A stretch of 27,038 nucleotides of DNA. Source: a virus (taxonomy: Duplodnaviria > Caudoviricetes). Below, piece by piece: positions 15,516 to 23,226 of the stretch (position 1 is the stretch's first letter; each line of letters opens with the position of its first letter). Made by a program: the position numbers and the translations under genes. Below the pieces are notes generated by a model, which ran no database searches, was not told the origin of the DNA, and was given only the letters and a program-made list of their open reading frames with translations. Location: positions 1 through 27,038 of the IMG/VR virus record IMGVR_UViG_3300007643_000002. One strand, written 5' to 3'.

Positions 15516-18157
15516 GCTCCGAGCTCCATGCGAACGAGTAGGTCGAACTCTGCGGCTAGGTCCCGGCCGGGTTGGGTGACGACGGTCATGTTCTCTGCGA
15601 TCTGCCGCACCGTTGGCTGCCCGCCCCCGCGCTGTTCACGGAGCACGTTGCGGAACACCTCGGCCATTGTCGACTCTGGTGTGGTGATTTCGGGGTTTGA
15701 TCTGGCGCCGGGGTATTCGCCGAACACGCCGACAGTAGGTGTGCGCGCTACGTTCCCGTCAGCGAAGAACGGAAGATTGTTGACCAACCCCGAGATTGTG
15801 CCGCCACCGACGGAACCGAGGCCGGGGACGCTAATCTCCGGAATCTTGAAGTCGAGTTTCGACCACAGGTTACGCACCCGGTCGATGACGCTTTTGAACT
15901 GGTTGTAGATCGGGTTGAACAGGCCTCGGACTGCGGAAGCGATCTGACCTGGCAGGCGTCGGAACGCTGAGACCATAGCGCCGAGGCCACGGGTGACAGC
16001 GCTCTTGATGGCATCGAGGCCTCGTGAGGCGAACGTCCGCAGCGCCGTCCACAGTCCACCCCATACGGCTTTGAGGGCCGCTATGTACGTGCTGAACAGT
16101 CCTTGGATGGCGGTCCAACCGAGGCGAATTAGGGCCTGTATGGCGGCGAAGTTGTCGGAAGCGACCGCTTTAATAGCGCTCCAGAAAGCCAAGAACGCTA
16201 CCTTCAGAATTCCGATGGCCGCACGGAACAGAAGCTTGATCGCTTCCCACCCCAGGCGGATCACGGACTTGATGATCGTCCATGCACCCTCAAGGATCTG
16301 AACGATCCCCGACCACGCCTCAGACCAGTCGCCCTGCATCAACGCGGTTACCGTCCTGATGAGGCCTTGAATGATGTCGAGCGCACCGCCGAGAACACCG
16401 ATGACCGCCTCAAAGATCACGGTCACAACATTCAGGATCTCGTCGCCCCACCGCTCCCAAATGAACACGATCGCCTGCAACACCCGCTCCCAAACAGCGG
16501 CGGCCAGCTCGATGACCGAAATCATCGTCGCCCCGATCTGCTCCAAAACCGGCAGCACCTTCGGACCGAGCTCCTGAAACACAGCCCCGACCTTCGCAGC
16601 GAACTCCTGCGCCGCCGGGATCACATCATTAATCAGTATCCGGCCGAGCTCACGGACAGCGTTAGCCATCCGAACCGCAGCCGGAGAGAAATCTTCCTCA
16701 GCCGAACCAGTACGCAACACGTTGAAGAAATCGCCGACAGCGACCACGACCGGCTCAATAGCACCCAACACGTCATTCAGCGTTTGACTGACGCCGCCGA
16801 AAGCTCCACCGCCACCGGCACCGCCGAACAGTTCCCGCACCTTCCCAGCCACAGCCGAGAAAGTCTCCCCAGCCTCAAACGCCACCCGCGCTACCCGAGA
16901 AAAGAACCGGCCCACACCGCCCTCGCCGAGGTTGGCGAAATAGGCGTTCATCTGCTCCGTGTCACCCTGCAAGAACGCCAGAGCAACACGGAACGCATCG
17001 ACAGCCTTAGAGACCACATCACCAATCGCGTCGAACGCAGGACCGAGAGTCCTGCCGACAACATCGGCAACCCGTTCGATAACGGGTATCACGATGTTCG
17101 ACATGAAATCGGCGAGCTTCTGCAACCCCTGGCGCCGGAACGCCTCGAGCTTCGTCCGTAGATTGTCGTTCAGTTCGGTGTCGAGCTGGGCCGCAGCGCC
17201 TTCAACGTCATCGAAACCGGCGCCCATGTCCTGCAGCGACTGCAGGAAATCAGGTATCTTCGTTACTCCGAGATCTTCAAGCGGAGTGCCAAACAAGGCA
17301 ATAGCGTTAGCTGCCTGCTCGCCAGGGTCCTCAATCGAAAGTAGGCCTTCAACAATTACTTGTGTCGCATCCTGGGCTTGCGCTCCACCTTCCAAGAGGG
17401 CGTTGGTGAGGTTCTTTAGGTTCTCCTCGCCGCCGTAGCCGATAGCGTCGAAGGCTGTCGTCGTAGCCTTCGATCCGTCGGTCGCCCGTATCCCGAACTC
17501 CTTGATCGCATTGCCAAAATTGTCGAGCGAAAACTCACCCTTAGAAGCGGCCTCGGTGAGTCCACCGAATATCTCCTCAGTGGTGAAACCGAGACTGTCG
17601 AGGAACACGCCGTACTCCGTGACGGCCTCGGCCATCGGGTCACGCATATTCGACGGGAGCTGTTGAAAGCTAGTCGTAAGAAGGTCAAGCGATTCTTCGA
17701 CCGAACCGGTAAACCCCTCTGTTTGGAACTGCTTAGCGAGCTGCAGGTACTCACCCGCTGCACCCTCAAAAGCGACCCCCATCGAGAACGCTTGCCCAGA
17801 GATAGCTTCCAGATCGTCAGTCGAGATATCGAGCGCTATGGCGTCAGCGACAACATCGGCAACATCGTCGAAAGACTCGCCGTAAGCGTTGGCGTAGAGA
17901 CTGCCAGCGATACGGCCGAGCTCCTCGGCCTCAGCACCCGTAACGCCAAGCTGGGCCGACAGTTTGTCTTGTGCGGCGCCGATGTCCAGGGCAGCGCCGA
18001 AAGCGTCACCGAGGCCGTTAGCGAGCGCCAGGCCGGCGCCAGCGCCGAGCCCTGCGAACAGGCCACCGATCGATTTGCCGAAGGCACCGACTTTTTTGGA
18101 TGCGTCTTTGAAGTCGGCGTCTCCGACGATGCGAACAACGAGAGGTCTACTTGCCAC
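15512..18157 (-). CDS. Tape measure protein
   Basis: 881 aa helical protein; PhageMin_Tail-like core (NAIKEFGIRATDGS, ALFGTPLEDLG), Trp-periodic repeats (GDWSEAWSGI) and a C-terminal FADG..TPTVGVFGE..PE motif. Confidence 0.95.
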   Translation of the reverse strand: MASRPLVVRIVGDADFKDASKKVGAFGKSIGGLFAGLGAGAGLALANGLGDAFGAALDIGAAQDKLSAQLGVTGAEAEELGRIAGSLYANAYGESFDDVADVVADAIALDISTDDLEAISGQAFSMGVAFEGAAGEYLQLAKQFQTEGFTGSVEESLDLLTTSFQQLPSNMRDPMAEAVTEYGVFLDSLGFTTEEIFGGLTEAASKGEFSLDNFGNAIKEFGIRATDGSKATTTAFDAIGYGGEENLKNLTNALLEGGAQAQDATQVIVEGLLSIEDPGEQAANAIALFGTPLEDLGVTKIPDFLQSLQDMGAGFDDVEGAAAQLDTELNDNLRTKLEAFRRQGLQKLADFMSNIVIPVIERVADVVGRTLGPAFDAIGDVVSKAVDAFRVALAFLQGDTEQMNAYFANLGEGGVGRFFSRVARVAFEAGETFSAVAGKVRELFGGAGGGGAFGGVSQTLNDVLGAIEPVVVAVGDFFNVLRTGSAEEDFSPAAVRMANAVRELGRILINDVIPAAQEFAAKVGAVFQELGPKVLPVLEQIGATMISVIELAAAVWERVLQAIVFIWERWGDEILNVVTVIFEAVIGVLGGALDIIQGLIRTVTALMQGDWSEAWSGIVQILEGAWTIIKSVIRLGWEAIKLLFRAAIGILKVAFLAFWSAIKAVASDNFAAIQALIRLGWTAIQGLFSTYIAALKAVWGGLWTALRTFASRGLDAIKSAVTRGLGAMVSAFRRLPGQIASAVRGLFNPIYNQFKSVIDRVRNLWSKLDFKIPEISVPGLGSVGGGTISGLVNNLPFFADGNVARTPTVGVFGEYPGARSNPEITTPESTMAEVFRNVLREQRGGGQPTVRQIAENMTVVTQPGRDLAAEFDLLVRMELGA

Positions 18158-18293
18158 GTTTCTTGGCCGCTTCCTCTCGTGCCTTCAACACCGCGTCACG
18201 GTGATCGATCAACGCCAACAACTCACCCGAGTCCAAATCCCTGAACCCGCTAGGTGTCAGCCCGCCTTCGTAGAAGTGGACCAACGATGCCAT
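18147..18293 (-). CDS. Tail assembly chaperone C-terminal (gpT-like) segment, reached by -1 frameshift or its own ATG
   Basis: Below the ORF-track cut-off: MASLVHFYEGGLTPSGFRDLDSGELLALIDHRDAVLKAREEAAKKRGK. It lies in the -1 frame of 18293..18649, is open back to the slippery site, and its stop overlaps the TMP start. Confidence 0.8.
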   Translation of the reverse strand: MASLVHFYEGGLTPSGFRDLDSGELLALIDHRDAVLKAREEAAKKRGK

Positions 18294-18649
18294 CAGGTGG
18301 TTTCGGTAGTCTCGCCTTCGTTGTCGTCGCCGTCCTTCTGGCCCATGCTGGCCAAAGGGATCTCCCCGGCCTCCTCAAGCGTGAGGTCCGGGTAGTCCGG
18401 CTTGAGAGCGACGTAGATCATTGCCCTGTTGATGTGGCCGGAACGTATCCGCTTGCCGTCATCATCGAACATGGGCTTGCTACCGGCAGGCTTGATGATG
18501 TTGCCGGCCTCGTCCTCGGTGGGCATGTTCTCTTTGCGGTTGGCCATCAACCGGTCGAAGTCGGCGTTGAGGATTTCTTCCATCTCGATCTGTTGATTCG
18601 AGTTCAGATCGCCGAAGTCGATTACTACTTCGTCAGGTACTTCAGTCAT
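18293..18649 (-). CDS. Tail assembly chaperone (gpG-like)
   Basis: 118 aa, acidic, upstream of the TMP, and carries a slippery heptamer. Confidence 0.8.
   Translation of the reverse strand: MTEVPDEVVIDFGDLNSNQQIEMEEILNADFDRLMANRKENMPTEDEAGNIIKPAGSKPMFDDDGKRIRSGHINRAMIYVALKPDYPDLTLEEAGEIPLASMGQKDGDDNEGETTETT
18353..18359 (-). promoter_or_regulatory. -1 programmed ribosomal frameshift heptamer C CCU UUG
   Basis: Codons ATC CCT TTG give an in-frame X XXY YYZ pattern; the -1 frame is open from here to 18147. Confidence 0.8.
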
Positions 18650-18676
18650 CGGGGATTTTCTTTCTTTGTCGGGGTT

Positions 18677-19057
18677 CTAAATAACTCGAGGCAGCTTGTC
18701 GGCCTCATCTTCAAACGCTTCGATAATCACACGCTGCCCGCCTGCATCCTCGGCCGATTTGAACGCCCAAGGGTTAGCGATCACGAAACCACCCTGCGGC
18801 CTCGACAGATCGCCGAACTCGTGGTTGCGGGCATACGGCGCCCGGGCGCCACCCCAACGCAACACAGCGCCAGCCTTCGTGCCAGACGTGCGCCCAGTGC
18901 GCCGCAACGCACCAGACGCCTCAGGCGTCTTAGGATCGGCCCGACGGAACACCGCATCAGCAACCCGCTTATGCGCCGCCTTCGTCGCAACCTTGTCCTC
19001 AAGGCCCTTGACACGGCGCGCAGCTTCCTGCGCGCCGTCGACCTCGACCTTCGTCAC
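18677..19057 (-). CDS. HK97 gp10-like tail completion/minor structural protein
   Basis: 126 aa; KVEVDGA..., TPEASGALRRT and APYARNHEFG match the gp10-like family. Confidence 0.75.
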   Translation of the reverse strand: MTKVEVDGAQEAARRVKGLEDKVATKAAHKRVADAVFRRADPKTPEASGALRRTGRTSGTKAGAVLRWGGARAPYARNHEFGDLSRPQGGFVIANPWAFKSAEDAGGQRVIIEAFEDEADKLPRVI

Positions 19058-19575
19058 TACGGCAGGGCAGGGCCGTCAGGGTGAGTGAACACCGCAGCGG
19101 CAGGCACGTCCGTCTCGGTCGCCTCGCCGCCCTTCACCGGCAACGTCAACTCGATGACGCTGTTCTCGTTCTTCAGGTAATGCGACCGGGGGCGCAGCTG
19201 CCCGAACTGGACGATGCCAGACTCCTCGAAGTTGAGCGGCCCGACAGCGCCAGAGAAATCGTTCACCGTGGCAAACGTGACCTCGGAACGCTGAAACGGT
19301 GCCAGCGCAGTGTGGAGCTCGTTCGACCAGCGCAGCGACAGCACGTACTCCGATGACGCCTGGCCGTAAGCCTGGCCGTTCGGATCGCACGCCGTGTCGA
19401 TGTCGACCAGCTCGGCGTCGCCGGACCCGTCGAGGTTCTGCAAAGCGCAGCGAACCTGCACCGCATCAGCGCCGGTCGCGACTCCGTTCTTGGTGTGGTC
19501 CTCGTGGTGATTGAACACGAAGGAGATGTTGCCGTCCGAAATGTACGGAGCGGCATTGATCGAAACAACAGCCAT
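19057..19575 (-). CDS. Major tail (tube) protein
   Basis: 172 aa, beta-rich, with AAGGA RBS; position after the terminator; DIDTACDPNG resembles tube-protein loops. Confidence 0.65.
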   Translation of the reverse strand: MAVVSINAAPYISDGNISFVFNHHEDHTKNGVATGADAVQVRCALQNLDGSGDAELVDIDTACDPNGQAYGQASSEYVLSLRWSNELHTALAPFQRSEVTFATVNDFSGAVGPLNFEESGIVQFGQLRPRSHYLKNENSVIELTLPVKGGEATETDVPAAAVFTHPDGPALP

Positions 19576-19584
19576 TTTCAGTCC

Positions 19585-20046
19585 TTAGCTTTCTAGATGT
19601 ATCTCTGTACGAAGAACCGACTGAGCGGCCCACAACTCTTGACCCGCATTAACCTGCAGGAACCTAAACCCACCGACACGCTCAAACACCGGAACCGGCG
19701 CCTGAGGCACCCACAACGGGTCATTGACGATCGGCCGCAACGGCCGACGGCCAGCAACATAATTCGACCAGTGATCGGCCAGCGGGCCGACATGATCGGC
19801 CCCCGGCGCACCAGCAGCAAACAAAACCTCGAACCGGCAAATCGCATGACAACCAGGAGAATCCTCGGTCCCATCGATAAACGGTTCATCCTCAAGCAAC
19901 GTGACCGTCGCGCCGTTCCCGACCTCCCACGGCCAATGAGCCGTAGCAGGCGTAACACCAGAATGCTCACCGAAACCACGGGCCAACTCACGGAGAATCA
20001 CGTCACGCAGCACCGTCACCGGGCCGTGAAAATCCCGCAACTGCAT
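19585..20046 (-). CDS. Tail terminator/completion protein (putative)
   Basis: 153 aa between the adaptor and the tube protein; TGATG overlap; assigned by position and size. Confidence 0.55.
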   Translation of the reverse strand: MQLRDFHGPVTVLRDVILRELARGFGEHSGVTPATAHWPWEVGNGATVTLLEDEPFIDGTEDSPGCHAICRFEVLFAAGAPGADHVGPLADHWSNYVAGRRPLRPIVNDPLWVPQAPVPVFERVGGFRFLQVNAGQELWAAQSVLRTEIHLES

Positions 20047-20654
20047 CAGGCCACACCAACCCGCAGCCAGTTAGCCAGAAGCTCGCGGACATCGGGGTCA
20101 TACTTTGATACTCGGATGGCGCCGCCAAACGCCGAAGCGCCCAACGTCCCATCAGGCGACATGCGCCGGCGGTACAGGCGTGCGGCGTGCATCGTCGTCG
20201 CCAGATTCACCCTCACCGGAACATCACACAACACCGGCACGACACCGTCGGCCAGGGCCACACCATCGGCATCAACGTTGACACCATCGGCGTCCTGAAG
20301 GATGTACGGCAACCCGGTGTCTTCGCTTATGTCATCGATCGCCGCCAACGTGGCCAGCTCGAGCGCACCAGTGTTCGCCGTCTCGTCTTGGCCCATCGCC
20401 GCGCCGACACCCTCGGAATGCGCCCACTGCTGAACGTCCTCATATGTGGGCCACGGGCAGTGCGGCACATTACTACGCTTCAGGTTCTCGGCCCGCGCCT
20501 CGTCCGCGCTAACCGCAGAACAGGCACAGAAGCTCGTACAGCCACAAGTTAGAAACAAGTTGCGAACCACCCAATCTTTGTGCTGGTCGGCCACACGGGA
20601 GCCGTAGGTCCCGGAGACGCCCCACGCCTGCCGGGTCCACTCCTGAAAAGCCAC
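20046..20654 (-). CDS. Head-tail adaptor (SPP1 gp15/HK97 gp6-like) with a ~65-aa N-terminal extension
   Basis: WPTYEDVQQW...VPVRVNLATTMHAARLYRRRMSPDG...YDPDVRELL is the typical actinophage adaptor signature; GTG start coupled by a TAGTG overlap. Confidence 0.85.
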   Translation of the reverse strand: MAFQEWTRQAWGVSGTYGSRVADQHKDWVVRNLFLTCGCTSFCACSAVSADEARAENLKRSNVPHCPWPTYEDVQQWAHSEGVGAAMGQDETANTGALELATLAAIDDISEDTGLPYILQDADGVNVDADGVALADGVVPVLCDVPVRVNLATTMHAARLYRRRMSPDGTLGASAFGGAIRVSKYDPDVRELLANWLRVGVA

Positions 20655-20848
20655 TAGCCCTCGACGTCAGCCTTGGCCCTGGCGGCACGCTTCTTAGGCT
20701 CAGCTACAGCGGCGGCCTTGCGCTTCAGGAACTCGCCCATCGATTCGACGACGAACCCACCGGCCGATGCCGACTGCGCTACAGCTGGGCGTTTGCCGTC
20801 GTGCTCTTTGAGGTACGAACCCATCGTTCCAACCTTGAAATCAGTCAT
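20654..20848 (-). CDS. Small post-capsid protein with an internal duplicated motif
   Basis: 64 aa; AGGAG RBS; FKVGTMGSYLK / FVVESMGEFLK repeat and a basic tail. Confidence 0.75.
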   Translation of the reverse strand: MTDFKVGTMGSYLKEHDGKRPAVAQSASAGGFVVESMGEFLKRKAAAVAEPKKRAARAKADVEG

Positions 20849-20861
20849 CGTTCAAACTCCT

Positions 20862-20922
20862 AAATAGAAAACCGGGGATCCCCTGGGGCAACAAAAACCC
20901 CGGTAATCACCGCCCCAGGGGA
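20862..20922 (-). terminator. Putative intrinsic terminator/attenuator after the capsid gene, built from interleaved inverted repeats
   Basis: Arms 20879-20889/20912-20922 (11 bp) and 20871-20877/20898-20904 (7 bp); on the mRNA they are followed by UUUCUAUUU. Confidence 0.6.
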
Positions 20923-20934
20923 GAAACACCAAGG

Positions 20935-22290
20935 TCAGACAGTGACCTGAGCAAACGCCTCTTCACACTGGATGGCAAAGCCAACCATGCGCTCAGCCAA
21001 GATCAGGACCAGGTTCCGACGGAACCAGTCTTTGTGCTGATCAGCGAAGTAAACCTGGATCGGTGAAGCGTCGGCAATCATCGCCCAACGGAAATCGCCG
21101 ATCAGCTGAGTGCCCACAGGAACAGCCTCGGTGATGACCGGAGTCATCCCCCAAGGGTTCAGGTTCGCTGGCGAAGACGCCGGCCCGCCGAACTGCCAGT
21201 TGCCGTTGCCATCGACCGAACCGAGGAACTCGGTTGAGTTCCAATCGACCGGGTTGATGATGATCGCCGACGGGTTGAACATTCCCTCGAACGACTGGGA
21301 GATAAGGCCCATTGCCGAGAGGATCGCCTGGAAGCGGTTACCGCCACCGACTGACACTGAGTGAATGTTTGCGTAGGGGTTGGTCGTGTTGAACACGCCC
21401 CGCAGGTTCGGGCTGGTGCCGTCGCCCTGCAAGAAACCAACCTCTTCGTTGACGCCGAGGCCGTCGACAAGAAAGGTCCTGACCACGTTCTCAACCCGAG
21501 GTGCGACCACAATCGACTGCCGAGTCATCGGCACCCAATGGGCGATCGTCTCGACAGTGCCAGTCACAACATCCCAGTCAAGGGCCGACTCCGGCTTGTA
21601 GCCGTTCGCCGCGTCCTCCGGGAGACCGTCAGCGGTAGAGGTCGACTCGGCAACAAACGCAGCGTTGTTGGTTCGCGACGTCAGCACCGGGTACTTCCAC
21701 CCGACGCCTGATACCTGCTCGACGTTGCAAATCTGCCGCATCCAAGTGCGCCGCATCGGCGCCTTGTCGAGGCCCGGCAGAGTAGTCGGTTCCACGAGGG
21801 GAACGCCACCGGTGCCGGTCGAGACGTCTGGCGATGTGATCAGAGCGTTACTGATCATGCCGTTACGGTCGAAGTTGTTGAACTCGAACTTGCCAGACTG
21901 GCCGTGCCAGTTGTCCGACAGGGCACCATCGACGCCCTTGGCCTGCTGTATCTCCTGGTAGGCGGGCGAGTTAACGAACGCCTCACCCATCGACATGCCG
22001 TTGGTCGGGAGAGTGATGCCGGACTGGGCCGCCATCTTCTCCTCGCGAGACTCGCCCTCGGCGGGTGCGTTCAGGCCGAGGCCCTTGAAAAACTCGCCGG
22101 TTGCCTTCAGTGAGCCAGACGCCTCGGCCTGGGTCTTCACCTGGGCCATCAGTTCGCCGGCCTCATTGGCCATTGCCTGCAGCTTCACGAGGTCGTCAGA
22201 CGACGGTTCGCTATCGGTAAACGATGCCTCGAAATTGACGGCCTCGGTGTACTTCTCTTCAGCGCGTTCGCGCAAAGTCAAACCACTCAT
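20935..22290 (-). CDS. Major capsid protein, HK97 family with N-terminal delta (scaffold) domain
   Basis: 451 aa; TNNAAFVAE...KPES...VETIAHW, GDGTSPNLRG, WGMTPVITEAVPVGTQLIGDF and RNLVLILAER parallel HK97 gp5; AAGGAG RBS. Confidence 0.95.
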   Translation of the reverse strand: MSGLTLRERAEEKYTEAVNFEASFTDSEPSSDDLVKLQAMANEAGELMAQVKTQAEASGSLKATGEFFKGLGLNAPAEGESREEKMAAQSGITLPTNGMSMGEAFVNSPAYQEIQQAKGVDGALSDNWHGQSGKFEFNNFDRNGMISNALITSPDVSTGTGGVPLVEPTTLPGLDKAPMRRTWMRQICNVEQVSGVGWKYPVLTSRTNNAAFVAESTSTADGLPEDAANGYKPESALDWDVVTGTVETIAHWVPMTRQSIVVAPRVENVVRTFLVDGLGVNEEVGFLQGDGTSPNLRGVFNTTNPYANIHSVSVGGGNRFQAILSAMGLISQSFEGMFNPSAIIINPVDWNSTEFLGSVDGNGNWQFGGPASSPANLNPWGMTPVITEAVPVGTQLIGDFRWAMIADASPIQVYFADQHKDWFRRNLVLILAERMVGFAIQCEEAFAQVTV

Positions 22291-22326
22291 GCGGTTCGCT
22301 CCTTCTCTATCAGAATTTTCGGTTGG

Positions 22327-23226
22327 CTAAATTTGGGCGAAATCCGCAGCAAGACGCTGCAGCCTCATCCCAGCAACCACCCGCTCAGCGCGCAGCCTCG
22401 CCTCGGCGCCTGCGGCCGTAGCGGCAGGGACCTCGGCGTCGGGGCATGCATCACTGGTGGAATCAACACCGGCAGCGCCATTGCTGCCAGCGACTTTCCC
22501 GAACAAAGCAGCGTCCCACAAAGCCGTGGGTTCGCCTCCATCGCTGTCCGGTTTCGACTTCAACGGGGCAGCCCGATCGGCAAGCCCGCGCTCCACGGCC
22601 TCGGCCGCGTACATCCAAGTTTCGTTCCGCATCAACTGCCGGAACTCGGCGACATCGCCACCAGCACGGGCAGCGTAAAACTCTGCGATCATGTCCGACG
22701 CCTTATCGAGCCGGGAAGCGTAAGCTTCCAACTCCTCGGCGTTGCCCCAAGTGACACCCCAAGCATCATGGATCATAAGCTCGGCGCCACGGTTCACCGT
22801 GACCGTCTCACCCGCCATAGCAATAACCGAGGCAATCGAATACGCCGCCCCATCAACCACAACGTCAACCGCCGCAGGATGATCGGCGATCAGGTTATGA
22901 ATCGCTAGACCCTCGGCGACTTCACCGCCGGGCGAATTGATCCGAACTGTCAGGCGTTCGACGTCGCCGATCTCGTCGAGGCCAGCGCGGACATCGTCCG
23001 CGCTGATACCCCAGTATCCGCCCCATGAGTCGATGGCATCGTAGATCATGAGTTCGCCACCCGATGCGGTAGCGGCGCCGGTGTCGGCCTGTTCTTCGAA
23101 CAGTTCAGCCTTAAACCTGGCGCCGTCCGGCCGTTCAGCCTTGACGATCTTGTCGGCCACGTCCCGAGGCATCGCCCCGGCGACGACTGAGGCTTTCATA
23201 GCTCCGCGCTTCTGATGCAGATTCAT
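22327..23226 (-). CDS. ClpP-type (S14) head maturation protease
   Basis: VRINSPGGEV, DGAAYSIASVIAMAG (catalytic Ser region), LMIHDAW (His) and ETWMYAAEAVERGLAD. Confidence 0.93.
   Translation of the reverse strand: MNLHQKRGAMKASVVAGAMPRDVADKIVKAERPDGARFKAELFEEQADTGAATASGGELMIYDAIDSWGGYWGISADDVRAGLDEIGDVERLTVRINSPGGEVAEGLAIHNLIADHPAAVDVVVDGAAYSIASVIAMAGETVTVNRGAELMIHDAWGVTWGNAEELEAYASRLDKASDMIAEFYAARAGGDVAEFRQLMRNETWMYAAEAVERGLADRAAPLKSKPDSDGGEPTALWDAALFGKVAGSNGAAGVDSTSDACPDAEVPAATAAGAEARLRAERVVAGMRLQRLAADFAQI

Noticed and set aside
20849-20937. Capsid stop read-through or frameshift fusing it to the 64-aa gene, stimulated by the downstream structure
   Set aside because: The zero frame hits TAG within the intergenic region, and the -1 frame hits TGA two codons before the next ATG.
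20550-21045. Adaptor/capsid duplication as a DGR template/variable repeat pair
   Set aside because: Only ~42 bp, mismatches are not confined to adenines and many are synonymous, and no reverse transcriptase is present in the window.
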